Assembly (NCBI GenBank): GCA_044892525.1
Contig: CM097885.1
Span: 8,000,001 to 8,064,000, forward strand
Origin: Schmidtea polychroa
Taxonomy: Eukaryota
Direction of reading: 5' to 3'
DNA: 64,000 nt
Shown: in pieces, positions 30,171-44,099 of the stretch
How the letters are laid out: every line of letters starts with the position of its first letter
Position numbering within the stretch: position 1 is the first letter of the stretch
Notes under the pieces: model-generated
The model's database searches: none
What the model was told of the DNA's origin: nothing
The model's input: only the letters and a program-made list of their open reading frames with translations
Translations under genes and position numbers: made by a program

Positions 30171-33100
30171 CAAACAAAAATACCTTTTATTACCTATACA
30201 TTTTTAAGTATAACGTAACTATTTCTTGTCAAGTCTATGTACTTATTGAGCACACTTGTCAGATGTCTTTCCAGGTAAATTCAGAAATTATCATCAAATT
30301 AAAAAATAATACAAAAATGGGATGTTTAATTAGGAAATATCAAATTATTTATATATATCTGTAAGCGGGTTTGGCGTAAAGGGGGCTAGAGTTGTCATAT
30401 GACTCGGGGTATGGAATCGAAAATTATATATATTTTACATAAATATGTAATCATATAATTCCATATAAGTAGTATGTAGTGATCACAAGGTCATCGCAAT
30501 GTCATAAAATATGTCAAGATCAATCAAATCATTTCAATTTTTAAATTTAAATTTTATTTATTTATTTAATTTTAATTTTATTAATTAATTATTTTATTTT
30601 TATTTTATTTTTATTTTATTTTAATTACTCTATTTAATTTTTAGTTAATTATTTTTATTTATTTAATTTTTAGTTAATTATTTTTATTTATTTAATTTCT
30701 TTTCTAGTTGTGTTGCTCCTTGATAAATTTTAATTATTATTATTACTTTTTTTTAGATAAATATTTTTATTTATTTATTATTATTTTTTACATTTACTTT
30801 TAATATATTGTAACAAGGAAGTAAATTATAACAAGAATATTCCAATTGAAACAAAATTTAAATAGTAATTATTTGATTTATTATATAGTAACGCTGTGTT
30901 AGAAAAAACAAAATAAACATGAAAAAAATAAATATTACTTTAAACGACTAATCTAAATTTATTTTAAATGCGACTGTTTACAATAAATAAAAATTAATCG
31001 GACAAATGAATTACTAAATAATAAAACGTATTTCAATTAACTAAGTCAAATTATTCACAATATATATTTTGTTATTCACATAAATTACACATTTAATTGT
31101 TAAAAGAATCTTGATTGTTTCGATTTGGATTCATTTCTTGACAGAACAGTTGCGACATGCATATGACGAATCTTATAGTGACCGTAGGTATATCTTTCAT
31201 TACAATTTAATCAATACCTTTTATCATTCAGACATTGGAAAGCTCGTTTTTTTGTCTTAAAAGTGTACAACTAATGATTGACACTTCCTATTCTCTTTTG
31301 AGGGATGCACACTGCTCCACTACTAACATACACTTTTTTGTAGGCTTCATGTGTGAGATTAGAATTTGGAAGACTTATTCCTTCGGCTTTCAGAGTGTCT
31401 TTATCGCTTTGAAGTGAGTATTGGTCATAAATAAGCGGACTACTTTCCTAAACTTCTATTTCTAGGCGTTCAAGAGGATGCAAATCACAAATTTTATTTT
31501 CATGATTTTTAACAGTAACAATTAGATAGTAATGTTTCAAGTATTTACCACTTTATTATAAACTTCAAAGACTCCGTTTAGTCCTATGCACAAAGTTTGC
31601 AACATTTATTAATACGTTAATTCGGTTTTCAGTGGAATTTAAGTAACTAAGTAACTAAGACCCATTGTTGCACATATGCAAACATTACAGTTTCATATTC
31701 CACATTTATTTCCAACACAACAATTTAGTAATTGACATCCTGTTTATTTGATTCTGTGAAATTTTATGTCAATCGTATTTCAATGTTGTTTGGAACTTTA
31801 ATCATTTCAAATTGTTATGTTCTCAGTTTCTGTTATTTGATATTAAATGTATTTTTAGATGTTTTTGATCAAATGTTTACTGCATTTTTTGACACGGTTC
31901 CTAAATTGCCATGTGGGCTACCGTAAATTATGAAATAATTTTTTCTCGCATATATTATATTATAAATTATTTACAAATACATGACGATAATTTATTCAAC
32001 CCCCCTCTCCACTGAAAACAACAAGTATATGTCAAAGATGTCTAATTTCTAATGTGAAATTATTTTTTTTCAAATTGATTGAAAATTGTTTGTTAATCTA
32101 ATTGATATGTGTTTGACCACTACAAATTTTTGTGGTTCAATTTTCAATGATTACACACAAAACGACTTCAATTAAACAAACATCAAAATAATTTTCCTCG
32201 GAATTTGTTTTCGTAAAAGCTAAAAACAATAAACAACCGTAAATAGTTCATGTTAGAAAAAATTTATTTTTTCGTGTTTATTTCCTCTTGAATCATTGAT
32301 CTCAACTTTCGATAAAATTTGAATATAAATAAAGGGAAAATAGGGGGAAAAGAAACTCTGACAAAAATCCAGATTATCAAAAATACATTTCGTACTTGAT
32401 TATCTAAGGGAAAAAAACGAAAGTTTTTGACAGATGTGACAAGCTAGGATTGAACAATTTAACAGAATATCAAGATAATAAATATTGATTCAGTTTATTT
32501 AAACAATGTTTTTGAAATTTTCAAAAAACATATTAATAATCACGATTGAAAATTTTTAAGGTTGCGGAAATTAAATTTTGTAAATAATTTATGTTGATGT
32601 GGTGGCAAGAAGAATTCCTATAATTAATTCATTCAGAAAGTTACTAGCTATTGAACTCCTTGTATTGACTGCGTCCATTATTGATATTTTTCAGGTGTAA
32701 TTATGACAATGTGCAAAATACACTTTTAAGGATTGTACAGTTGAGTCAATAATGTTTATTTTATAATATCAATACAAAATTAATTTTTATTTCAAATACT
32801 TGGCCCTTGTAGTTAATGGCAACGTTCCCTCTATTACCAGAGGGTCTCTGTGTGAAAAACCGAAAGGCTGTGCATGACAAATCACCAAATTTGCAAGTGT
32901 AACATTACTTATACACTGATACAAAATTGGTGACTTAACATTCGTAGTTGATGTTATTTTTTGATTTCATTTTTTTTTATTTTAGAAAATTCAAATTAAA
33001 TTCAAATAGTAAAACTTTTGTTTGGTCTGATGATTTTAGGTGTCAATTCAAAATCTTACATAATTATAATACTGTTTTAAAAATAATATAATTGCAATTT

Positions 33101-33269
33101 TTTTAAAAATTGATTGAAGAATAATAATTTATTAAAAATTAAAAATTTTATTAATTTAAAATTTATTATTGTTTAAAATATAATTTTCTTTTATAAAATA
33201 AATCAGAAATAAATTTATTAATTTACCTATTTTTGTAATTGTCTAAAATATTTATTGATTTATTTACAG

Positions 33270-33421
33270 ACAAAGAAGAAGAGATCCCAATGCTAATGTA
33301 TCAGAAACCGATTTGTCCTCTTCATTTCGTTTCTAATGACCAATACTCGAATCCTCTCATAATTCAAGATCATTATCTACAGTCAGCAATAAGCTGTAAC
33401 CAAACCATCAATCGGAACGAA
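33270..33421 (+). CDS. Nephrin-like gene exon (cytoplasmic)
   Basis: TTTACAG acceptor and GTAAG donor, phase 1 to 0; DKEEEIPMLMYQKPICPLHF...NRNE. Confidence 0.75.
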
Positions 33422-33761
33422 GTAAGAAATAAAATCAAATTTCTGTTTTTGTTTTAATGTTGTATCTAATAAATTTTAATTATTTATTTTTTGTGTATAA
33501 AAATAAATTTTTCAATTTTTAGTTTTTTAGCAATTTTTAATATTCCCTATTATCATTGATTGTAAATGAGACATTTTATAATTATCTAGCCTATAGAATA
33601 TATATTATAGATCAATAAAGTTCTTAAGGATAATTACAAATTCATTGAAATAACAATTGATTAAAGACTGGATTGAAAATATTATTGATTTATTTTTATA
33701 ACAAAAATCAATTAATATAAACAATAGTTAATTAAATATGGCAATGATTTAATTATAAAAA

Positions 33762-33825
33762 AGCGCCACTCAAACATTCCTTTAACGATAGATTTCGACA
33801 GTTTTCCTGTTATCATCGGGTAGGG
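33762..33825 (-). ncRNA. Degenerate Penelope-associated hammerhead motif (family 2)
   Basis: Reverse complement CCGATGATAACAGGAAAACTGTCGAAATCTATC; same family as 21283 and 26012, with a mutated core. Confidence 0.5.
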
Positions 33826-33987
33826 TAGAAAAAGAAACAACATTAACAGCATTTACAAAAATTTGAATTAATTGAAATTATTAAAAATTTATTAAATGAT
33901 TGACGAGGTTTGTTGAATCCATTATTTATATAATACTACAGTGACAGAAATGTCTTTAAGAAAATATTTTATAATTATTATGTCGTT

Positions 33988-34038
<51 letters not shown>

Positions 34039-34123
34039 GGAGTAAAATATTTTTTTACGGATGTCTAACATTAAAATAATATATAAACATTACAAGCTTT
34101 GTGATAAAAAGTGGAAATCCCAG

Positions 34124-34164
34124 TAGTATACTAGTTTCGAGCTTATGGCTCTCATCAGTACTAT
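34124..34164 (-). ncRNA. Minimal type I hammerhead ribozyme motif
   Basis: TAGTA-CTGATGA-GAGC-CATAA-GCTC-GAAA-CTAGTA-TACTA: intact core, 4-bp stem II, palindromic CTAG stem III region, and stem I TAGTA/TACTA. Confidence 0.8.
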
Positions 34165-34389
34165 GCAGAAGACGCGAAGATTTCTCTTCACGCCAGGTAA
34201 GTATACAATATTGCTGATTCAACTCTATTGCATACTTTCCCTGCTACACTGGAAATCACATCACTTGCAAATTTGCTAAATCACAGAAAAAATCTACAAA
34301 CTTGTAAACACGAAGTATGAAAAATCATATTCACCTCTGGAGACACTGTCATACAGAAGTTTGCAGATATTTTGTTCTGCGTCTCCTAC

Positions 34390-34431
34390 ATAGTACTGAT
34401 GAGAGCCAAAAGCTCGAAACTAGTCTTCTAT
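34390..34431 (+). ncRNA. Minimal type I hammerhead ribozyme motif
   Basis: ATAGTA-CTGATGA-GAGC-CAAAA-GCTC-GAAA-CTAGTC-TTCTAT, with a GUC cleavage triplet ending at 34425. Confidence 0.8.
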
Positions 34432-34588
34432 TGGGATTTGCACTGGGTATCACAAAGCTTGTAATGTTTATATTATATATATGGTTATATTTTATTAATC
34501 ACTCTAATTAATTAAATAATTAAATTAGTTATATTCTCACAAATATATTGAAAACAAAAGTTATAATTGAATCGTTCATTATTGATAG

Positions 34589-34886
34589 ACTACGTGTTAC
34601 GGCTGTACATCCATTGAACTACCCTTGAACAGCATGATCTTGTCCAACCAGTATTTGCCATTTCCATTGTTAGAGTCGACATACAGTTCTCTTATGAGAA
34701 ACAGTTGTGAATATTCATTATCTTCAACCTCTAATCCGTCAGATATTCGAATTTTAAATGAGACTTCTCAAGTTGATTCCCGAGCTTTCCCAGATGAAAC
34801 GCTTTCAAATAGATTTCCAAAGATTCCTCTCAATATATCAGCAATTAGCATACCATCGACAAACAGTTCAGTTAAACAAACACAAG
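34589..34886 (+). CDS. Nephrin-like gene exon (Ser-rich cytoplasmic)
   Basis: ATAG acceptor and GTATT donor, phase 0 to 1; open frame TTCYGCTSIELPLNSMILSNQY...SVKQTQ. Confidence 0.7.
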
Positions 34887-35931
34887 GTATTCAATTTTTA
34901 ATTCAACCGTTTTATGTTATTCTTTTATTAATTGGATTTATTTTATTTATAATTTCTTCCGCCTGAAACGGCTTTTCATTTATTTGTTTTAATACTACTC
35001 CATAACAGATCGCATTTCTTCTGCCAAATTTGTATTTATCAGTGTAAAAAGCGTAAAATTTATTCATAATTGTATTTTCAAGCCGTTCCGTTGCGATCTC
35101 AGTGAGAATGATAAATGTTGAGCCGAGATTGTGTTAGAAAATTAGCGCAAAACAGCTTCCAAGTGTCGTCTCATTTGCAGGAGCTAATTGGAGCTATTGT
35201 AAAAGATGGGCATGATTCGTTTATGATATTTAATTGGGTTTCTTGCGTTTTATTCAATTTTGTTGATTAAATTGTTTTCATTAGTATTTTTGTGGTCATT
35301 TAGGAAATCCTCTGTCATTTGATATTATAAATATTTTTAAATTTCTGATATTATTTGTTTTAATGTTTATTTATTAAATTATTAAATATTCACAGTTTCT
35401 TGATAGCAAATTATTACAAATGATATATTATAAGAACTTTTTTCAAATTTCATCACTGATTTCTTTTCAATTGACATGGTATTTATTAAAAGGCTTGACT
35501 ATGAATCAGTAAATATATCAATGTTTTTTTTATATTCACAAATTTTCGGCACTGCCTTTTTCAGGTGACTTTGATATATATAATTAGAAATTTTCTTTGA
35601 AATATGACCTGTTTATTTTGAAAGTGGGGTAAGCCTATTATTATTATAACGAGATATTTAAAGATTTGCGTTTCAATAAATTTGATAATATTGATAAGCT
35701 CTAGCAGTGAACTCTTGCGAATATTATATTTATAGACAGTTTAAATTTATAAAATGTTGGTTTCTTAATAGCAGTATAAATTAAATGTTAAACAAGTTAT
35801 TGAGAAGATAAACAAAATATTTATTAAATAAAAAAAGATTTTATTATAAAATAATTCTTGCAAATCTCAGTTTGAAAAAGATTATTTTATAATCAAATAT
35901 TTTCTCAATTAATAAATAGTTTGCAGACAAA

Positions 35932-37925
35932 AGTAGTAGGATATGTCACCTCCAGGGCACTCCTCCCCCTGCGGAGGAAAAAGTTAAGCCAAAAATATGT
36001 AGGTCAAGTCAAACTTTTTGAATTTTCACTATTTTCTTATGGTTTTTTGAGAAATGCTTTTAAGTTTTTATGAAATTGGACTGATTTTATCGATTTTTTC
36101 ACAAATTTTTATGTAGTTTTTATGTAGGTCAAGTCAAATTTAAACATGTGTCACCTCCAGGACACTATATAAAATATTTAGGTCACGACTATATAGTTTA
36201 ATTAATTACACACACATTCTATATAGTATAATTATTTTACAAGTCTATATAGTTTAATTAAGCATGTCATACACACCAAATGGGTGTAGGAAAAGTGACT
36301 GTGTGCGTGTATGTGTGTAAAGAGCAATAATTAAGGGCAAAATCATGAAATTCCTAATGAAACACATAAATTGGATAAAATTATATGTTTTTAGGTTAAA
36401 AGTGTGTGTGCCTGTACAGAAAATTGTCAATAAGGAGCAATAATTAACAGCAAATTTTATACACACGCATCACTCGAAAGTCTACATGATAGTCATATAC
36501 TTGGATTGCATATGCATTTGTTAATCATGCACATTTCTTGCACAAGTCCTTGTTTAACACGCGCGTTTATGCTTAATGATAAAATAAAATACATATTTAA
36601 GATTTATTGATTAGTACATGTACAGTCTTTATCTCTTCAATCCTTTTCATTATATTCTCTACTACAGGGGTCGGCTAACTTTTCCATGGCCAGAGCTACT
36701 TTTAAAATCATGTGGCTTCAAGATCGACCTCTTTTTTTAAAAAAATACATTAAAATACAGAAATATAATATTTATTAAAACAAATAATGTGATGAATGAA
36801 ATTGCTTTGCATCCAATAGTTTCTTCATATCCGAAGAATAGTTTGTAACAGCCAATCTTAAACAATTAACCAGATTTTTATTGGTAAGTTTTGTTCAATA
36901 TTTATTCTTTATTAATTTCATATTTGAAAATATGGATTCACACAAGTACGTTGATCCAAAGAGGCAAGATATTTTTAATGCAACATCTCTTAAAAACGGA
37001 TACTGATTCGGTGTTACATGGCTCCAAAATTCCAATTGATTTTTAGAAAATTCGCAACTCAACTCTATATCATTTTGTATTGAAATTAATTCCATTTCTA
37101 GCCGTGCTTTATCATATCCAAATTGGTTATTAATAACTTCCGAGAGAGTTTCGATATTAATATTTACGGAAGGATACATAATAAATTTCACAATTGGTTC
37201 GATCTTGCGGAAATCTGCAAAGCGTTTTTCAAACTCTTCTATTAAACTACTAACAATAACTTTCACAGGAAAATGGAGTTGAACAATTATTAATCTCTTC
37301 TTTTAAATTAGGAAAGTGCTTTAAATCAGTTTCTATTAGGTTCATTTTCCTCAGGATTAATTTTTGGCTAAATCATGTGCATTATATTTTTATCTTTCCC
37401 TTGCAGATTTACATTCAAGTCATTTAACTTCGCCGTAATATCAGTAAGAAACGCAAGATCTCTAAGCCATGAAACATTACTTAGCTCCTGATGATGTCCT
37501 TCCAAAAATCAACTTATTTGTCATAAAAATTTTCTAAAACACTTTAAAATGTTTCCCTTACTTGGTCCACGAACTTCTGTATGTAATAACAGATCACCAT
37601 ATTGACAATCGAGCTCGTCGGTTAGTCCTTTAAATAAACGTCTTTGCAGTGATTTCTCTCTTATTATTGTAGTTCTTAAATTGACCTACTTAATTTTAAC
37701 TTGACCTACATATTTTATATAGTGTCCTGGATGTGACACATGTTTAAAGATGACTTGACCTACATAAAAACTTAGAAAATTTTCACGAAGCTCCATGGGA
37801 AAATAGTGAAAATTCAATAAATTTGACTTGACCTACATATTTTTAGCTTAATAATTTTTTAGCCTAAGTTTTTTTCCTCCGCATGGGGGTTAAGGGTTGT
37901 CCCGGAGGTGACATATCCTACTACT
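35932..37925. mobile_element. Non-autonomous Polinton/Maverick-type element with ~230-250 bp TIRs
   Basis: Termini AGTAGTAGGATATGTCACCTCC ... GGAGGTGACATATCCTACTACT; arms ~35932-36185 and ~37700-37925. Flanks GACAAA / AGCAAA may be a degenerate 6-bp TSD. Confidence 0.75.
36665..37670 (-). pseudogene. hAT (GTF2IRD2/SPIN-like) transposase 3' part with one TIR
   Basis: YGDLLLHTEVR, WLRDLAFLTDITAKLNDLN, EFEKRFADF, LFGSTYLCESIFSNMK and a terminal ..SH; end sequence CAGGGGTCGGCTAAC at 36665. Confidence 0.88.
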
Positions 37926-38747
37926 AGCAAAGACTTAGCTTTCCAATAACTTGTTTAATTTATTATTTAATGTTTATTTAAAAGTGTCATCAACTACTGT
38001 TATGATTAGATTGAAAAGTGAGCTATAGTAGCAATGGAAATAATTGAAATGTTAAAAGAAAACAAATCTACAGCAATGGTTAAAAATAAATGAAGAATTA
38101 TTGTATATATTTTTTTCTTTTTTACTTTTTTATTTTCTTAAAAGCATTAGTAATTATAACTAAATTCTCAAGTTAAAATTTGAGTCTCACACGTAAGAGA
38201 CAATTTGGTGATGAAGATAATTGAATTTAGATTTATATGGAACAAGTCAAGGATTTGGAAAAAGAGTTAACTCAGAATCCTCGATAAAGGGTTAATAAAT
38301 TACATTTTTGATGAACTCTACTAATACTTTTTTTAAAGGGGTATACAGCATTTACCTTATGATATTTCAATTATGGCATGACACAGAAATATTTTCGAAT
38401 TCAGACACATACAAAATTGTGAGTAAAAAAAGTTATTAAATTGCATTATAGTCAAATGGCATGAGTCCCATTGCTGGGGATTTTTTATTTTTAACAAATA
38501 ATAATAAAAATTAATAAAATCACTGAATATTTTCTTTTCTTTTTTTGCGATGATTTTTCAATTTATTTACAAACTTCTTGCTGAAGAACTAATAATATTT
38601 TCTGTATGTATCCAGATGCTAGAGGATAAATAATATTGTTTACAGAGATGGAAATCAATATATTGTGGGAAATTGCAGTGAAATTATATGTAGGAAATAT
38701 TAAAATATTTCGTAAAAAATATGCTCGTTTTCTCACCATGTTTCGTT

Positions 38748-39112
<365 letters not shown>

Positions 39113-40044
39113 AAGTGATGATTTCTTGGTAGCAGCATTTATTATTTAAAATTATAAAGTGATAATTTAAGCCTTTTGCTGCGAATAATGTATTTATTGA
39201 AAAAATTTTTGACTATAAGATAGTCCCTGTCAATCTCCAAGATTGTCAATCAAGATAGACAAGGACTATATTTGCTGTTTATTTCAATAAAAATATTATT
39301 ACAAAATCTTGTATTTATTAATTCACAGTAAAAAACTGATTGGTTTCTTATAGTATGCAATTTTTTTTGAAAGGAAGTAAATGTTATTTCTTAATTAAGG
39401 TACAAGTTTGGATTACCCCTCCTCTGATTAAGTGGGAAATTAAAAGATAAATAAGAAAAGAAAAATAGTGACCCATAGATAATGTTATTAAGAATGATTA
39501 TTAAAATATAATTTGTAAAGCTGTCCCCAGGCATTTTACCGCCTAGGCGGCTGCTTACATCACCTATTTTAGGAGCCGGTTATAATAGTCTGTAGTGTAG
39601 TACATATGTAGTGTAGTGTATATAAGGAATACTTACTCATAGAACTATAATTGTCTATTGATGTGAACAAATAAATTATATCATTGGTTGTTGAATTAAG
39701 TAAGTGAATTGAAATGACTATGATAAATGAAATTTAATTGTGTTGGGTTTTGTTATTTTGAATAAGGACACATGGAGTTGGATTGTGGATAAATTCTTGT
39801 CAAAATTCCTATAAATCCAAAAATAATAATAATAAAATTAATAATAATAATTATTATTTATATAATAATGATAATAATAAAATTGAAATTCACATTTAAT
39901 TTAAACATGATTTGAATTTCCAAAATATAAAATTCTAAATATTTTATCTAAAATTCATACAAATTTGATATAAATATTTATTGAAATTGAAGTCATGAAC
40001 ATATTTGTGCTATGAAGTGTTTGTGATAACATTTTCCCATTCAG

Positions 40045-40154
40045 ATTCATATCAGAACATATTCCAAAAATATTCCCTGCCAGAAGAGAAACAGTCGATT
40101 CAGTCCCCGACATTTCAGCGGGGATTCGTCAATAATTCCAGAAATAATTGTTGA
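40045..40154 (+). CDS. Nephrin-like gene probable terminal exon
   Basis: TTTTCCCATTCAG acceptor with phase 1 entry; DSYQNIFQKYSLPEEKQSIQSPTFQRGFVNNSRNNC then TGA. Confidence 0.6.
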
Positions 40155-41577
40155 ATTCGGTGAAAAATTGAGCACGAAATAAATTTGTGTTTTTTCTATT
40201 GATTTTTCATTACGAAATATGAAGATTCTTTTTTGTCCACGACTTCCAGCCGGCGTGACAATCGCGTTATGAGTTCTGATGGAATTGACGACAGCTAGAT
40301 GGAAATATTTTCTAATTATGTCAATAAATTTTTAATTTTCTTTATTGCTTTTCTTGCTATTTTATTGATTTTAATTTCAATTATTTTCATTTACAATTAG
40401 ACTTTAAATCAATATTTTTATTTATTTAACACCATTTTTGCCAATACCTTTCTCAATATATATTGTGTAATGACAATTGGTATTTTTCTTATTAGGCAGT
40501 TGGATATAGTAATTAAGGAACTATGTATTTTTGTTTATATCATCCGCTTCCCTAACTTGCAAAATTTCAGATGATAATAACAATAACTGTAACGTACATA
40601 TTTTTATAGTTAAACATGTTGTTTATAGATTAAGGAATGTGTCATTTTTTACTTTTTTCGTTTTTATTTGTTAAACAATTCTCCCATTCACCTATAAAGT
40701 AAAGACAATCTTCGGTGGGATCTCGTTAGTAAAATTGAAATGAATTGAAAAATGGGAAATTTAATTAAAAGTAGTTTATTAAATATAGTTGTAAATAAAC
40801 AAAAGATTACAGCAATAAAATAATATACAAATATTTAGAAAAATTATTGTTTTACTTTTCGGAAACGTTAAAGATAAAATTCCCCTGACTATCGATATTT
40901 CAAAAGAATAAAATTATTTAATAGATCCCATCTTTTTCTTAATTAAGAAGATCTATGTATTTTTTATTTAATTTCTTTAGTAAAATTTGTTGATATTTTT
41001 GGTTTTATTATCATTTTATACAAGACTTTAAAAATACAAGCATACACGCACACAATCACTCACTTGCATATACGCACACAATCACTTTCTTACATACACG
41101 CACCCCAGCTTTCCCAATACAGATTTTACTGGAGACTCGGCTGAACTTAACAATTTATGCACAGTGTCTACTTCATTTCTAAACAGATATCGCTTAAAAC
41201 CATTGAACCAAATAAAACATTATTTATGATAGTTAACTAAACATATTCAAAGCAAAAATGAAATATAATAGCAATAATTAATTTAATAATAATAATGAAA
41301 TTGTTGTCCATTTGGAATATTTGTAACTATATAATTAAACTTTAAGTAAAATAGTGATATGTTCATTTGCGGCTTATTTAGTTCCATTATATTCTTTAAA
41401 ATCATCCTTTTCTCTCCTTTATTTAAAAGTTGATACGTTTTTAGATCTTTCATTGTAGGTCATAGAAATCATGAAATATTGTCATCGAACCAACCAACAT
41501 CCTACTTGACGAGGCCTTGTTTTGTATAGTTTTTCCAAATAAATATATTGTCTTTATTCATTGGCATTGTTTCAACC

Positions 41578-41699
<122 letters not shown>

Positions 41700-42835
41700 A
41701 GTATGCCTAAATGCATAAGAATTTACAAAGGTTGAACAAAAAAAATTTTTATTTTGTAATTCTTTTTGTAAATTTGTATTAAGCGATGGGGTATTGTTTA
41801 AAACAACGCTCTACAGATAAAGAGACATTATATTGAAGCCTGGAATGTTTTCGCAGCTTTTACTTTCTTTAAGTAAAACTAGAGGCAAAGCACATTTTTT
41901 ATGAAATTAGCTGTGGAAAATGTTTACTTGTATAAGTATAAAGTGACTAAAGAATAACTCCATATAAGAGATCAGTGAGATATGATTTTCAAGAGTCTCT
42001 AATTAATCAAAGAAATCTTCATTTTGAAGAGCGCGTCTATTTGTCTTTTATAAATTTAACTTAATACAATTTTTCATTTGTTTGGTCACTTTTGATCTGT
42101 TTTCTATTTTAATTAATATTTCATTTAAAGCTTTGATATTTTGTCAAAATGAAAATAAATAAAATTTCATACAATTTGTGATTAAAAATTAATATTTCGG
42201 AGGAAACAGAAATAAGCAACTCGTAAATAATGAGAAGAATACACAATTTAAAATTGACGGGCAGTCTCTTAACAAAGTTATTTAAAAAATACAAACTGAT
42301 TAGTTAATTGAGATTGATTAATCAATTCAATTGGAAACAAAATTCTCGAGTTTGACAGACGAGATCTCAGCCTGTCAAGCTAAAATGAATTAATTTAATT
42401 TTTTCCCAAATTTAAGTTGAAAATTGAATACGGAATATGGCTTATACAGGAGTGTCTTATAAAAAGAACCAAAGATGTGTATAGTTGAAACTATTGAAAT
42501 AAATTTTAGGTGGGAAAAGTATAACAAAGCTTAGCCAATTTTGCAGAATTAACTAAATAAAGTTTGTTTGTTGTGTTGGATCTTTTTTATTTAATATAAA
42601 CAACCCAAGGAGTAGTATTTACCGACAATTCACTAATAACGCAATATATCTTTTTTATGTTCAAAATTAAGTTGGTAAGTTACTTTGCATGGTAACTATA
42701 ATTGATTGTGTGGATTCTAAAAGAAATGCTTAAAAAATCGTCAGTTTATCTAACAATAATAAAGAAGTAGTGGGAAAGAAAATTACATAAATAATTAAAT
42801 ATGTGTGTATCATAGCCAAAAACTGATATTAAATA

Positions 42836-44063
42836 CACCTAATTCCGAAAGTTAACATTGTCTATAATATACGTTGGTGTGCACACCAGTTGAGGTGAGT
42901 CACCATTTATGTGAAAATCTTAACTTAATTTCATTTTTTCAATTTTTCAAAAATCGTTTTCAGGTAAATTTTTGAATTTTAAGTAACTTTTAAGACTTGA
43001 ATTTTGATTTTATATAATTATGAGATCATTATTCAAGTTCTTAAATATTACTGTCAGTCAGCATTTATAATATAACATATTGATAATTAAATTTCATGTG
43101 TGTTTTAGGAATTTATGAATTTATTTGGAATTATTTCGTTAAAATGTAAGTTAGATATTTTTATAATTATAAATATATAAAGTAATCATCAAACACATTT
43201 ATTTTTTAAGACATTTAGGAAAGAAGCGGCGTATATGGATAAAATAGTTTTTTAAGTTTTTGTAATCTTCTTTCGTCAGCTCATTTTCAATAGCCTCTTT
43301 GACGATGTCAAATCGGCTTGTAAAGGACATGGAGCTAAATACATTTGTCCTTGATATTGTTTTTCTGATGCTGTGTTTAATTTCCGAGTAATCTTCCAAA
43401 TTCTTTATAATTTTCCCCATTTTTAAATGTATTAATAAGCCGAATTTTGTCATTTTCTGTAATTCTATGAAAATATTAATTTGTTAAAATAATTTATTAA
43501 AATTTACGATTTGCGATTTTTTTTCTGCAAATTCAAAGTTGTCCTTCAATATTTGAAATGCTACCTTCACACAAAGGTAGCGTTTGCCAAGAAATATCTG
43601 TTATACTGTAAAATATTTTAATGTTTTATATTTTAATGAATAAATCTAACATTGTCAGATTTTCACCTTCGCAAAAAGGCACTGTGTCCTGAGAAATATC
43701 TGTAATTCTAAAGGAAGTTTACATTATCAATTATTTTATAATTAAATCTTACGATGTATTTTCTTCTTTTTCTCTGAAGCTCAAGATAGAGCAGTCAGCT
43801 TCTGAATCAAAGGTTTTTTGTGCATAACTTTTTAAATAATTTGAAAATATTATTATGTTAATTACATGTTAATCAATGTTAATTTCATTATGTGTGCTGT
43901 GTTTGTATGCTTAATTATTTTTCTCTCACTTTAGATTCCTATAATAAATATGTTAACTTTCGAAGCATTAAATTTTTACACACAGGTAAGTTTATGTGTT
44001 CCTATAATATATATTTATTGATTTTTTTAAGATTATAGACTATGTTAACTTTCGAATTAGGTG
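42836..44063 (-). mobile_element. ITm-family deletion derivative, both TIRs intact, same three introns
   Basis: TA-CACCTAATTCCGAAAGTTAACAT ... ATGTTAACTTTCGAATTAGGTG-TA. Encodes ITENDKIRLINTFKNGENYKEFGRLLG and C-terminal YFIHIRRFFPKCLKK. Confidence 0.85.
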
Positions 44064-44099
44064 TAAGAATATAATATCAGAGAATGACAAACATTACTG

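Noticed and set aside
41040..41105. Three ~20-bp direct repeats resembling a CRISPR array
   Set aside because: Simple minisatellite without unique spacers, eukaryotic context and no cas genes.
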